Shown one piece after another: positions 1 through 9,637 of a stretch of 64,000 bases of DNA. Under the pieces are notes generated by a model. The model was not told the origin of the DNA and did not search any database. It saw only the letters and a list, made by a program, of their open reading frames with translations. The DNA lies in NCBI GenBank assembly GCA_965203055.1, contig OZ241863.1, positions 2,144,001 through 2,208,000 on the forward strand, read 5' to 3'. The number at the start of each line of letters is the position of its first letter. Within the stretch, counting starts at the first letter, position 1. The position numbers and the translations under genes are program-made. The stretch comes from Spirochaetia bacterium. GTDB lineage: Bacteria > Spirochaetota > Spirochaetia > SZUA-6 > Bin103.

Positions 1-1
1 G

Positions 2-2926
2 GCGGCGCGCGCGCCGGGATTCGAACGGCTGCGCGGACAGCGGATCGATCAGGCCGCGGCCGGCCTGGAGCGGCTGCGGGACGCCGCGGCGCGCGCCGGC
101 GACGCGCTGCTCGGGGAGGCGCTGGCAACGCCCGCCGGCAAGACGTTCTTTTCCTTCCTGTTCGGCAACAGCCCCTATCTGAGCCGCCTGCTGTTGCGCG
201 ATCCGGAGTTTACCCGGGCGGTCGTGACCGAGCCGCCGGCGGTGGTGATGGAGCGGCTGCGCGCGGAGCTGGCCGGCGCCGACCCGGCGCAAGGGCGCGA
301 CCGCCTGATGAAGTTCCTGCGCCGCCAGCGCAGCCGCGTGGCGGTCGCCGCCGCGGTGTACGACTGCTTCGGCCTGTGCGGGGTGATGGAGTGCGCCGAG
401 CTGCTGTCCGACATGGCGGATCACGCGGTGCGCCTGACGGTGAGCCACCTGCTGCTCGGCCGCGCGCGGCGCGGCGACCTGGAGCGCCCCGCCGGCGACC
501 GCTGGGGATACTTCGTGCTGGCGATGGGCAAGCATGGCTCGCGCGAGCTGAACTACTCCTCCGACATCGACCTGATCGTGCTCTACGACCCGCAGGCGGT
601 GCGCTACACCGGCTCGAAGACCCTGCGCGACTGCTTCGTGCGCGTCACGCGCGATCTGGTCGCCATCCTCCAATCCCGCACCGGCGACGGCTACGTGTTC
701 CGCACCGACCTGCGCCTGCGCCCGGATGCCTCCTCCACCCCCACCGCCATTACCGTGGACTTCGCCCGCGACTACTACGACCGCTTCGGGCGCACCTGGG
801 AACGCACCGCGATGATCAAGGCGCGCCCGGTCGGCGGCGACGTGGCCGCCGGCGCCGCGTTCCTGAAGGAGCTGGCGCCGTTCATCTGGGACGAGGGACT
901 GGACTTCACGTCAGTGGAGGAGATCCGCTCGATGAGCCAGCAGATCCACGACTTTCACGGCCATGGCGCGGTGCGCGCCGCCGGCCACGACGTGAAGCTG
1001 GGCCGTGGCGGCATCCGCGAGATCGAGTTCTTCGTCCACATGCACCAGTTGGCGTACGGCGGGCGCAACCGGCGCCTGCGCGGCGCGCGGCTGCTCGCCA
1101 TGCTGCAGACCCTTGAAGACGAGCACCACGTCATGCCGCGCGAGGCCGCCACCTTGCGCAACGCCTACCTGCTGCTGCGCCGCGTGGAACACCGCCTGCA
1201 GATGGTCAACGACGACCAGACCCAGAAGCTGCCGGAGTCGGCGGAGGGACTCGAACAGACGGCGGTCTTCATGGGCCTGGACTCCGCGCCGGAACTGAGC
1301 AGCCTGATCGAGACCACGGCGCGGGAAGTGCACGACCTGTACCGCACCCGCTTCAACGTGCCGGAGAGCGAGCAGGACATCAGCGCGGCGCTCCTGGGAG
1401 GCCCGGAGGTGAGTCCGGACGCGGTGGCGCAGGTGGCGGCGGCGGGGTTCACCGGCCCCGAGGCGGCAATCGAGGTGTTTCGGGGCTGGGCGGACGGGCG
1501 CCACGCGGCCACCGCCTCGGAACGCGCCCGCACCATCATCCACGAGATCCTGCACGAAATCATCGCCGCGCTGGGCAAGACGCCGGATCCGGACCGCGCC
1601 CTGGCGCGCATGGACAAGTTCCTGGAGACCCTGCCGCAGGACATCTCCTTCTTCGCCATGCTCCGCGCGCATACCTGGCTGCTCCGCCTGATCGCCGACG
1701 TGATGGGCAGCGCGCCGCGCATCGCCGACACCCTGGGCGGCAACCACCGGCTGCTGCAGGCGGTGCTGGACCCCTCGTTCTTCCTGCCGATTCCGGACCG
1801 GGCGGCCTTGGCCGAGGAGCTGGGGCAGTTCCTGGAGGGCGGAGGCGGCCGCGGCGCCGGGAACGGCGCCGAGTGGCGCGTCGGCCGGGTAGCGTGGTGG
1901 GCCGGCGACCGCCGCTTCCAGGTGGGCGTCCAGACCCTGGAGAACCTGATCAGCGTGGACGAAGCGTCCGCCTCCCTGTCGCACGTCGCCGCGGTGGTGG
2001 TCGAGACCTTGCTGCGCGACGTGAACGCGGAGTTGGCGGCGCAGCACGGCGCTGCGCCGGGCGCCGGCTGCGCAGTGGTGGCGCTGGGCAAGCTGGGCGC
2101 GAACGAGATGACCTTCGAGTCCGACCTGGACCTGCTGTTCATCGCCGAGGTGCGCGACGACCGCGAGTTGACTGCCGGCCCGCGGCCGCTCGAGGCGCGG
2201 CGCTTCTACGCCCGCGCGGCGCAGCGGCTGATTGCCGCGCTGCGCAGCCGCTCGCCCGCGGGCCGGCTGTACGAAGTGGACCTGCGCCTGCGGCCCGCCG
2301 GCGAGAGCGGACCGCTGGTGACTACGCTCACCGCGTTCCGCGACTACCACGACAAGGCCGCGTGGACCTGGGAGCAGATGGCGCTGACCCGCGCCCGGGT
2401 GCTGTGCGGCGCCGCGCAGGTGGCGGACGCGGTCGCCGCCCGCATCCGCGAGGTGCTGACCCGGCGCCGCGACCCGGAACAACTCCGCCTGCAGGTGGCG
2501 CGGATGCGGGAACGGGTCGCCGCCGAGTATCCGTCCGCCGACCCGTTCGAGTTGAAGTACGTGCGCGGCGGGCTGGTGGACCTGGAGTTCATCGCCCAGT
2601 ACCTGCAACTGCGCCACGCCGCGGACGCGCCGCAGGTACTCGCCGGCGGCACTGCGGCCACGTTCGAGGCGCTGGCCGGCGCGGGTCTCCTCGCCGAGGA
2701 GGAGGCGCGCTTCCTGGCCGGCGCCAGCCGCATGCAGCGCACCCTGCAGGCGCTCCTGCGGCTCACCTGGAACCGCGACACCCCGCTCGGCGACGCCCCG
2801 GAAGCGCTGCACCGCAAGCTCGCCGCGGCGGTCGAGTGTTCCGGCTTCGGCGACCTGGAAGCGAAGCTGCGCGCCACGCAGGCCGCGGCCGAGCAGACGT
2901 TTCAGCGCTTCGTCGGGCGCGGCTGA
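2..2926 (+). CDS. glnE: Bifunctional glutamine synthetase adenylyltransferase/deadenylyltransferase (5'-partial)
   Basis: Two nucleotidyltransferase motifs (MGKHGSRELNYSSDIDL; LGKLGANEMTFESDLDL), DLRLRP twice, KLGRGGIREIEF. The frame is open from position 2 (FGNSPYLSRLL upstream of the ORF-track start). Confidence 0.95.
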   Translation, partial: AARAPGFERLRGQRIDQAAAGLERLRDAAARAGDALLGEALATPAGKTFFSFLFGNSPYLSRLLLRDPEFTRAVVTEPPAVVMERLRAELAGADPAQGRDRLMKFLRRQRSRVAVAAAVYDCFGLCGVMECAELLSDMADHAVRLTVSHLLLGRARRGDLERPAGDRWGYFVLAMGKHGSRELNYSSDIDLIVLYDPQAVRYTGSKTLRDCFVRVTRDLVAILQSRTGDGYVFRTDLRLRPDASSTPTAITVDFARDYYDRFGRTWERTAMIKARPVGGDVAAGAAFLKELAPFIWDEGLDFTSVEEIRSMSQQIHDFHGHGAVRAAGHDVKLGRGGIREIEFFVHMHQLAYGGRNRRLRGARLLAMLQTLEDEHHVMPREAATLRNAYLLLRRVEHRLQMVNDDQTQKLPESAEGLEQTAVFMGLDSAPELSSLIETTAREVHDLYRTRFNVPESEQDISAALLGGPEVSPDAVAQVAAAGFTGPEAAIEVFRGWADGRHAATASERARTIIHEILHEIIAALGKTPDPDRALARMDKFLETLPQDISFFAMLRAHTWLLRLIADVMGSAPRIADTLGGNHRLLQAVLDPSFFLPIPDRAALAEELGQFLEGGGGRGAGNGAEWRVGRVAWWAGDRRFQVGVQTLENLISVDEASASLSHVAAVVVETLLRDVNAELAAQHGAAPGAGCAVVALGKLGANEMTFESDLDLLFIAEVRDDRELTAGPRPLEARRFYARAAQRLIAALRSRSPAGRLYEVDLRLRPAGESGPLVTTLTAFRDYHDKAAWTWEQMALTRARVLCGAAQVADAVAARIREVLTRRRDPEQLRLQVARMRERVAAEYPSADPFELKYVRGGLVDLEFIAQYLQLRHAADAPQVLAGGTAATFEALAGAGLLAEEEARFLAGASRMQRTLQALLRLTWNRDTPLGDAPEALHRKLAAAVECSGFGDLEAKLRATQAAAEQTFQRFVGRG

Positions 2927-3954
2927 GTGGCCTGAGCGCCGCCGGGCGCCCGCGCCCGCGACGGCGCCGCCCGCCGCGGTTCGCCGCGCCGGCGGCGGAA
3001 ATGGGGCGGCCAGGGCGCATCGCCGCCCAGCCCCTCCGCGGCGTGGCGCGCCGCCAGCTCCAGCAGGCCGTCGAGACTGCCGGGCGCGGCATCGATCCCG
3101 GCGGCCAGGTCGCCGCGCGCGGCAAGGCGCTCCGGCATGGTGCGCAGCGTGAAGTCGCCCGGCTCGCAGGCCGGCACCTCGTCCCAGGCCAGCGGCGCGG
3201 ACACCCGGGCGTCGGCGCGCGGCCGCACCGAGTAGGCGGCGGCGATGGTGCGGTCCTTGGCGTTCTGGTTGTAGTCCAGGAACACCCCTTCGCGCTCCTC
3301 CTTACACCACTTGCTGGTGGCCCTGCCGGGCGCGCGCCGCTCCACCTCGCGGGACACCGCCAGCGCCGCCCGCCGCAGCTCGGTAAACCCCCACTGCCGG
3401 CGAATGCGCACGTAGACGTGCAGGCCGCGCGAACCGGTGGTCTTGGGCCACCCGACCAGACCGTGCTCGGCGAGCACCTCGCGCACGATCCCGGCCACCT
3501 CGCGCACCGTCTGCCAGGTCACTCCCGGCCCGGGATCCAGGTCCACGCGCAGTTCGTCGGGGCGCTCCAGGTCGTCCGCCCGCACCGGATGAGCGTGCAG
3601 GTCGATGTTGCCCAGATTGGTCATCCACACCAGTTGCGCGCGCTCGGTGACCACCAGCTCGTGGGCGGTGCGCCCGGAGGGGAAGGTCAACTCCACCGTC
3701 CGCACCCAGTCGGGGCGCTTCGCCGGCGCGCGCTTCTGATAGAACCCTTCGCCGGCGATGCCGTCCACGTAGCGCTTCAACACCAGAGGACGCCCATGGA
3801 TGGCGCGCAGGGCGCCCTCGGCCACCGCCAAGTAGTAGCGCACCAGCTCCAGCTTGGTGATGCCGGCGGCGGGAAAGTACACCTTGTCGGGACTGGTGAC
3901 CCGCACCTCGCGCCCGTCCACGGTCAGGATTTCGGCCCCCGCCTTGGCGCTCAC
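2902..3954 (-). CDS. Stand-alone LigD polymerase/primase (AEP) domain protein
   Basis: VTSPDKVYFP..ITKLELVRYY, LKRYVDGI..FYQKRAP, PDELRVDLDP, PKTTGSRGLHVY, FLDYNQN..RTIAAAYSVR. Confidence 0.9.
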   Translation of the reverse strand: MSAKAGAEILTVDGREVRVTSPDKVYFPAAGITKLELVRYYLAVAEGALRAIHGRPLVLKRYVDGIAGEGFYQKRAPAKRPDWVRTVELTFPSGRTAHELVVTERAQLVWMTNLGNIDLHAHPVRADDLERPDELRVDLDPGPGVTWQTVREVAGIVREVLAEHGLVGWPKTTGSRGLHVYVRIRRQWGFTELRRAALAVSREVERRAPGRATSKWCKEEREGVFLDYNQNAKDRTIAAAYSVRPRADARVSAPLAWDEVPACEPGDFTLRTMPERLAARGDLAAGIDAAPGSLDGLLELAARHAAEGLGGDAPWPPHFRRRRGEPRRAAPSRARAPGGAQATQPRPTKR

Positions 3955-4011
3955 CTGTTCGGCTCAGATCACGACCGCGTGATCAGCTCTGCGTACCGGT
4001 GTCATCGCCGG

Positions 4012-4809
4012 CTAGCCCATGGCGATGCCGCCGTCCACGTGAATCGCCTGTCCGGTGATGTTGCGCGCCTCTTCGGAAGCCAGGAACGCCACCAGGTTGC
4101 CGACGTCCTCGGGGGTTTGCGGCCGTCCCAGTACGGCGCTCCCGGCCACCTCGTCGAACACCGCGCGCGGTTCCTGCCCGGCGCGGGCGGGATCCTGCGC
4201 CGCCAGCATCGGCGCCAGCCGCTCCCAGAACGGGGTCCACACCAGTCCCGGGCACACCGCATTGACGTTCACGTTGTAAGGCCCCAGTTCCTTGGCCACG
4301 ATGCGGGTGAGGTTGAGCAGCGCGTTCTTGGCCGCGGCGTAGGGCGGCACGAACACCGGGTCGCGCTTCGCCGAGATGGAGGAGATGTTCACGATCTTGC
4401 CACCGCGGCGCTCCATCATGTGCGCCGCCACCGCCTTGCACATGAAGAACGGGCCCTTGACGTTGACGGCGAAGTTTTCGTCCCAGTCGGCGCCGGTCAG
4501 GCGCGTGAACGGCAGGGCGAGGCGTTCGCCGAAGTGGCCGGCGTTGTTGACCACGACGTCCACCTGCCCGAAGCGCTCCAGGGTCTGCCGCACCACCTCC
4601 CCGCAGTCGGCCTCGCTGGTCACGTCGCCGGCGACCGCCAGACCGCGCCGGCCCGCCTGCTCCGCCGCCGCGGCCGTCTGCCGGGCGCGCTCCAGGTCCA
4701 GGTCGGACACCACCACGTCGGCTCCCTCCCGGGTCAGGCAGGCGCAGATGCCGCGGCCCATGCCGCCGCCGCCGCCGGTGACGATGGCCACCTTGTCACG
4801 CAATCGCAT
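4012..4809 (-). CDS. Short-chain dehydrogenase/reductase
   Basis: TGGGGGMG, NNAG, YAAAK, NAVCPG, ITGQAIHVDGG; ATG at 4809. Confidence 0.93.
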   Translation of the reverse strand: MRLRDKVAIVTGGGGGMGRGICACLTREGADVVVSDLDLERARQTAAAAEQAGRRGLAVAGDVTSEADCGEVVRQTLERFGQVDVVVNNAGHFGERLALPFTRLTGADWDENFAVNVKGPFFMCKAVAAHMMERRGGKIVNISSISAKRDPVFVPPYAAAKNALLNLTRIVAKELGPYNVNVNAVCPGLVWTPFWERLAPMLAAQDPARAGQEPRAVFDEVAGSAVLGRPQTPEDVGNLVAFLASEEARNITGQAIHVDGGIAMG

Positions 4810-4859
4810 GCGCAACCGGCTCCGATTGGCCGGCGAACAGGTCCGGTTGCAGGCCGTCT

Positions 4860-5024
4860 TCAGTCACTGGACCCGCGGTGGGCAATCGCCACCGCAGCCG
4901 TCGTGAAGCTGGACGCCGCCGCAACTGCCGCCGGCGTCAGCCCATCACCGAGGTACAGATCGACCACGAGCACCAGGCCGCCCAGGAGGATGGCCAGCGC
5001 ACCGACGGCGAGGTGCCAAGTCAC
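4860..5024 (-). CDS. Small two-helix membrane protein (holin-like), not in ORF track
   Basis: GTG..TGA ORF of 54 aa, MTWHLAVGALAILLGGLVLVVDLYLGDGLTPAAVAAASSFTTAAVAIAHRGSSD, with two hydrophobic stretches. Confidence 0.45.
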   Translation of the reverse strand: MTWHLAVGALAILLGGLVLVVDLYLGDGLTPAAVAAASSFTTAAVAIAHRGSSD

Positions 5025-5135
5025 CGACCGACCTGCTCAGACACGGCGCCCGCCTGCCGCTGCCGCTCCCGCTCCTGCGCCTCGATGATGCGCGAGGTGC
5101 GCCATGTACGGAACTCCGGTGAACCGCGGCCCCAC

Positions 5136-5690
5136 CTACCTGCTCCCTAGCTCATGGCCCAGAAAGAAACTGGCGAGAGCAGTGCCGGCCGTCGCCAGAC
5201 CGTTGACGATCCGCTGTTCGGCAAGCTGCCGTTGCAAGCCGGCGATCTGCTCCCGCTGCACCCGATCCACGTCCCCGGACAGCGCAACCAGCGCCGCGCA
5301 CAGCGCATGCTCGCGCGGCCGATAGACCCTCACCGCGGCCGCCACCGCCTCGGTGACCGCCGCCTGGACGCTCGCGTCATGCGCCGCCGCGATACGCGCC
5401 ATTGCAGTGTCTACGCCAGCCTGCCACGCCCGCTGCAGGCTATCGCGGTCGGCCGCCGAGAGGCTTGTGTACGCCGCCAAGTCCACCGGCGGGAACGCCG
5501 GCAGCCCCGCGTCCGCGGCCGCGTCGGGCGCGGAACCGCCAGCCGGAACCGCCGGCGCGGCGCCGGCGCACAGCGCCGCGGCATCACTCTGCAGGGTGGT
5601 GTCGCCATTCGTGGTCTGCGATAGCGCGAGCCACGGCAGCCCGCACAGCAGGGTCAGCGCCAGCGAGCACCTGATCGTCTGTCTCCCCAT
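5136..5690 (-). CDS. Hypothetical exported protein with coiled-coil and C-terminal hydrophobic helix
   Basis: N-terminal signal-like SLALTLLCGLPWLALS; C-terminal QLAEQRIVNGLATAGTALASFFLG. Confidence 0.55.
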   Translation of the reverse strand: MGRQTIRCSLALTLLCGLPWLALSQTTNGDTTLQSDAAALCAGAAPAVPAGGSAPDAAADAGLPAFPPVDLAAYTSLSAADRDSLQRAWQAGVDTAMARIAAAHDASVQAAVTEAVAAAVRVYRPREHALCAALVALSGDVDRVQREQIAGLQRQLAEQRIVNGLATAGTALASFFLGHELGSR

Positions 5691-5907
5691 CGAGAACCTG
5701 TTCCTCCTGCTGCTCCGCGGCGCGTCCCGCGGCGACTGCCCGGTCGCGCGCCGCCTGGTCGCGCGCCTCGATCTGCGCTTCGGTACGGTCGCCGGCGGCG
5801 CCGTGGTCGAACGTCCGATGCAACACCAGACCCAACGCCATCACCCCGACCGCGGTGATCACCACTATACTCCACACCTTGGCCAGCGAGACACCTACTA
5901 CATGCAT
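5584..5907 (-). CDS. Hypothetical membrane protein (N-terminal TM + charged helix; i-spanin-like layout)
   Basis: WSIVVITAVGVMALGLVL followed by Ala/Glu/Gln/Arg-rich helix; overlaps next gene by 107 bp. Confidence 0.5.
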   Translation of the reverse strand: MHVVGVSLAKVWSIVVITAVGVMALGLVLHRTFDHGAAGDRTEAQIEARDQAARDRAVAAGRAAEQQEEQVLDGETDDQVLAGADPAVRAAVARAIADHEWRHHPAE

Positions 5908-6024
5908 GGCCTACGGTATCACACGTGCCGACCGCTTGACAGCGCCCGCCACCGAAGTATTCAGAAGACGTTAGAGTCCACAAAGACCGAACCGCCCCTC
6001 ACCGAATCGCCCGCGCGGGGCGGC

Positions 6025-6108
6025 GTGGTCGACCGCGGTGCAATCCATCGGCACCTCCTGGACCCAAGTTCCAGAGGCTATGATAAGTTGTTTCTATGTA
6101 GTTGTTTA
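6025..6108 (+). repeat. 84-bp inverted repeat, left copy (partner 18021-18104)
   Basis: gtggtcgaccgcggtgcaatccatcggcacctcctggacccaagttccagaggctatgataagttgtttctatgtagttgttta matches the reverse complement of 18021-18104 at 77/84 by manual alignment. Confidence 0.92.
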
Positions 6109-6136
6109 CGTATTGTGACTGCATTATGTACGGGGG

Positions 6137-6165
6137 TTGACAACCGAACGGAATCACCTTATACC
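6137..6165 (+). promoter_or_regulatory. Putative sigma70 promoter of lipoprotein 1
   Basis: TTGACA-N17-TATACC; conserved in paralogous copy at 15075. Confidence 0.6.
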
Positions 6166-6230
6166 TATCCCTATACCGTCCAGGCGGAATCGTCTCAGGC
6201 TGTCTCCGTTCGCCGGGACAGAGGGGGGAG

Positions 6231-7754
6231 ATGATGAAACATCTGGTGTATCTGGCTCTAGCGGCAGGCGCTCTTGCGATGATGGGATGTGGCGGAGTTG
6301 CACCCCCGAAGCCTGCAGCTCCGCCGGCGGCAGATCCGCCGGCGCCTACAGCGGCCAAGTACTCCTGCGGCGATGGCTACATCTTCGACGGTGATCAAGT
6401 GCTCGGGCCGGAAGGCGCGGTTGTCAATGATGTCTTCTACTGGGGTTCGAACACCTCGGGAGCGGCGCGATGCTTCTCTGACACTCGAAACAACAGTATG
6501 GTTGGCGTTGGCAGCAGGGTAGAATCGAACGCAGGCGATGCCACAGGCGCAACAGTCATGTCAGTTACCCTTCCTGACGAACGCAGGTGGTATTTCATAC
6601 TTGAATTCTCCGATGGCACCTACTGTTCTGCGGCCTCTGCAGGGGATGGGAGAGCGGCCTGCTTTGCAACGGTGGAACGAGATGCTACCGGATTTCGCTT
6701 GGACGATCTCCCTGCTGTTACACTCCCTGTTCCTGCAGGCGCACCGGAGCCTCCTCTTGTTGAAGATCCCCCCGAGCCTCCTGTTGGCAATACTTATTTC
6801 CGGTGGGGAAGGATCGAAGAAGTTACTACCGACCAACGTAGGTGGTATCTCATACTTGGGTACGGTCCTGGTGAGATCGTCGACGGGCGCGACGACGACC
6901 CCGGGCGGGGTGACCCCGCCTGTATTGCGGCTACTGCAGGGGATGGGATAGTGACCTGCACTGCAACAACGTTTCAAGGTAATGGTGACGATAAATATAC
7001 CACAGACGATCTCCCTGCCTCTACCTCGCCTCAATCTTCCGAAGGCACCGATGCCATATATGCGTACATTAGAGTTTTTAGTCGCCAGGGGGGTCTCTGG
7101 TATCTCGTGCTTGAATCCCCTGATGGCACCTTCTGTTCTGCGGCCACTGCAGGGGATGGGATAGTGACCTGCACGAGCCATCCGTATCCTCCGCTGAGTG
7201 GTGATTGGGTCCCCCCCGGTGGTCCTGGTCCTGGTGGTGGCGACGGGGGCGGGGGGCAAACTGGTGCCCCGGAGCCGGAAGATCCTCAGCCTGTTGGCAA
7301 TACTTATTTCCGGTGGGGAAGGATCGAAGAAGTTACTACCGACCAACGTAGGTGGTATCTCATACTTGGGTACGGTCCTGGTGAGATCGTCGACGGGCGC
7401 GACGACGACCCCGGGCGGGGTGACCCCGCCTGTATTGCGGCTACTGCAGGGGATGGGATAGTGACCTGCACTGCAACAACGTTTCAAGGTAATGGTGACG
7501 ATAAATATACCACAGACGATCTCCCTGCCTCTACCTCGCCTCAATCTTCCGAAGGCACCGATGCCATATATGCGTACATTAGAGTTTTTAGTCGCCAGGG
7601 GGGTCTCTGGTATCTCGTGCTTGAATCCCCTGATGGCACCTTCTGTTCTGCGGCCACTGCAGGGGATGGGATAGTGACCTGCACGAGCCATCCGTATCCT
7701 CCGCTGAGTGGTGATTGGGTCCCCCCCGGTGGTCCTGGTCCTGGTGGTGGCTGA
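6231..7754 (+). CDS. Repeat-domain lipoprotein 1 (WYxIL...CxAATAGDGxxTC family), 3'-truncated next to IS3
   Basis: Lipobox LAMMG-C19, Pro/Ala linker, five copies of the Cys-pair motif, RBS-like gaggggggag, visibly lower GC than flanks. Confidence 0.85.
   Translation: MMKHLVYLALAAGALAMMGCGGVAPPKPAAPPAADPPAPTAAKYSCGDGYIFDGDQVLGPEGAVVNDVFYWGSNTSGAARCFSDTRNNSMVGVGSRVESNAGDATGATVMSVTLPDERRWYFILEFSDGTYCSAASAGDGRAACFATVERDATGFRLDDLPAVTLPVPAGAPEPPLVEDPPEPPVGNTYFRWGRIEEVTTDQRRWYLILGYGPGEIVDGRDDDPGRGDPACIAATAGDGIVTCTATTFQGNGDDKYTTDDLPASTSPQSSEGTDAIYAYIRVFSRQGGLWYLVLESPDGTFCSAATAGDGIVTCTSHPYPPLSGDWVPPGGPGPGGGDGGGGQTGAPEPEDPQPVGNTYFRWGRIEEVTTDQRRWYLILGYGPGEIVDGRDDDPGRGDPACIAATAGDGIVTCTATTFQGNGDDKYTTDDLPASTSPQSSEGTDAIYAYIRVFSRQGGLWYLVLESPDGTFCSAATAGDGIVTCTSHPYPPLSGDWVPPGGPGPGGG
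6780..7751 (+). repeat. Intragenic direct duplication, 462 bp, period 510 bp (6780-7241 / 7290-7751)
   Basis: Copies read identical block by block. Confidence 0.95.
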
Positions 7755-7990
7755 GGCTGAGGCGGCTGAGGTGGTCCCGGTTGGTTAGACAGTCCGAGGG
7801 GTAGGTTAAGGTGTATCCGTCGGTTGTCAACCTACCCCTCCCTCTGCAAATCAGGCGGCGGTAAATCGGGGGTGGGGTCCGGGGCGGGGGTAGCTGTCCC
7901 TGTGGATATGTGGACAACTCCCGCTCCGCGGTGCGCAGCCACTCGCTCCGTTCCCGGTGCTTGCAGTTTGCCCCCCCCCCCCCCATCTCG

Positions 7991-8823
7991 CTACGCCACC
8001 TGCCCGGCCGGCGCCGCCACGCCGCAGTACCCCTCCGCCGGCGTCCGCCCGTCCAGCGCCGAGTGGGGGCGTACCTCGTTGTAGAACTCCATCCACTCCG
8101 CGATCACGCGCTGCGCCGCGAAGCCGTCCGCCAACTCGTGCAGGTACACCGCCTCATACTTCAACGACCGCCACAGCCGCTCGATGAACACGTTGTCCAG
8201 GCAGCGCCCACGACCGTCCATCGAGCAGCGTATCCCGGCCGCCTCCAACTGCCCCGTGAACGCCCTGCTGGTGAACTGGCTGCCCTGATCGGTGTTGAAG
8301 ACCTCCGGCTTGCCGTAGCGCTCCTGCGCCTGTGCCAACGCCAGCAGGCAGAACTCGCTGTCCAGCGTATTCGCCAGTTCCCAGGCCAGCACCCGCCGAC
8401 TCGCCCAGTCCATCACCGCCACCAAGTACAGGTACCCGTCCTGCACCGGGATATAGGTGATGTCTGCGCACCACACCTGATTCGGTCGCGTAATGGTAAG
8501 CCCTCTCAACAGATACGGATACACTTGATGGTCCGGGTTCGGCACCGTGGTGCGCGGCTTGCGGTAGATCGCCTCCAACCCCAGCAGCCGCATCAGCCGT
8601 CGCACCCGGTGGCGCCCCGCCGTTACCCCTCCCGCGCCAGATGCCGGGCCAGCTGCCGACTGCCGTAGAACGGGTACTTCAGGTACAACTCGTCGATGCG
8701 GCGCATCAAGCTGAGCGTCGCCGCGCTGGCTCCGCGCGGTCGGTAGTACAGGGCCGAGCGGCATACGCCGAGCAGCCGGCACTGCCGACTCAAGCTGAGA
8801 CTCGAATGCTCGCGGTCAACCAT
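7991..8823 (-). pseudogene. IS3 OrfB DDE transposase with apparent 1-nt frameshift near 8626
   Basis: WCADITY, FNTDQGSQFTS, DNVFIERLWRSLKYE; the N-terminal part (RQCRLLG..YPFYGSR) is in another frame and ends REG*. Confidence 0.85.
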
Positions 8824-8843
8824 CAGCCGTCGTTGCTCCAGGC

Positions 8844-9146
8844 TCAGCGATCGAGCCCGCGCGCTAAAAAATCACGCTCCACGGTCAACTCGCCAATCTT
8901 GGCATGGAGGTCATGGATGAGCGCCTCCTGCTCGGCGGGGCCGCGCTTGGCGGTCGCGGCGAACAGTTCTTCGAGTCCGGTCTGGGCTTGCCGCTTCCAG
9001 ACGCTGACCTGATTTGGATGAACGTGGTGCTTGGCAGCGATCGCCTGGATCGTGCGGTCCCAGCGGAACGCCTCCAGCGCCACCCTGGCTTTGAACTGTG
9101 CTGTGAATCGGCGTCGTTTCGTCGCCATCCCATCGGCCCTCCTCAT
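8844..9146 (-). CDS. IS3 OrfA (HTH)
   Basis: RRRFTAQFKARVALEA..HPNQVSVWK..KIGELTVERDFL; TTTTTTA slippery-like motif at its end. Confidence 0.9.
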   Translation of the reverse strand: MRRADGMATKRRRFTAQFKARVALEAFRWDRTIQAIAAKHHVHPNQVSVWKRQAQTGLEELFAATAKRGPAEQEALIHDLHAKIGELTVERDFLARGLDR

Positions 9147-9195
9147 GGCCTGGAATACACCTTAACCTCCTGTCCAATTTTCCGGGACCACCTCA

Positions 9196-9370
9196 CCTCA
9201 ATCTTCCGAAGGCACCGATGCCATAGCTGCGGTAGTGGGACTTCGCTCTAGCCAGTGGTAATCTCATACTTGAATCCCCTGATGGCACCTTCTGTTCTGC
9301 GGCCACTGCAGGGGATGGGATAGTGACCTGCACGAGCCATCCGTTTCCTGCTCCGTTTCCTGGGCTATGA
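9196..9370 (+). pseudogene. Orphan cassette of the lipoprotein repeat domain (+1 frameshift)
   Basis: PQSSEGTDAI-AAVVGLRSSQ-W, then tggtaatctcatacttg (extra A versus tggtatctcatacttg), then ESPDGTFCSAATAGDGIVTCTSHPFPAPFPGL*. Confidence 0.88.
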
Positions 9371-9637
9371 AGTGAACCGGGGCTCTGCAGGCATGGCCGC
9401 GGCGCGCTTGTAGCCGATGCGACCGGCCAGCAGCCAATGATAGCCGTAGAACTGCGAGCTGGTGGTGCGGGCCGCCCCGTGGGCGCACGCGGCCAGCAGC
9501 CGCCTTCCACCAGAAAATCCTACGATTTCGCGTGCGAACGGGCGTTGACGCGGGCTGGCGCCGGGCCAGCGGCGGCCTTCGGAGCCCTTGCGCCCCCGGC
9601 CGTTGGTGGGTAGATTCTCTGTCAGGAGGGAGGTGAG

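Larger units (their letters stand above)
7767..9195 (-). mobile_element. IS3-family insertion sequence
   Basis: Ends TGAGGTGGTCCCGG...CCGGGACCACCTCA (5'-TG..CA-3'), orfA/orfB layout, no matching target duplication. Confidence 0.93.

Noticed and set aside
1873..5088. 1071-aa ORF and other long Arg/Pro/Ala-rich ORFs (e.g. 19264-21495, 9737-12295)
   Set aside because: Shadow frames of real genes in high-GC DNA; no recognisable motifs.
6082..6108. dif/Xer site in the AT-rich repeat core
   Set aside because: Does not fit the 11-6-11 arrangement with a TTATGTTAAAT-like arm.
7971..7984. Poly-C tract as phase-variation switch
   Set aside because: It is non-coding, downstream of the IS transposase, with no gene or promoter it would plausibly switch.
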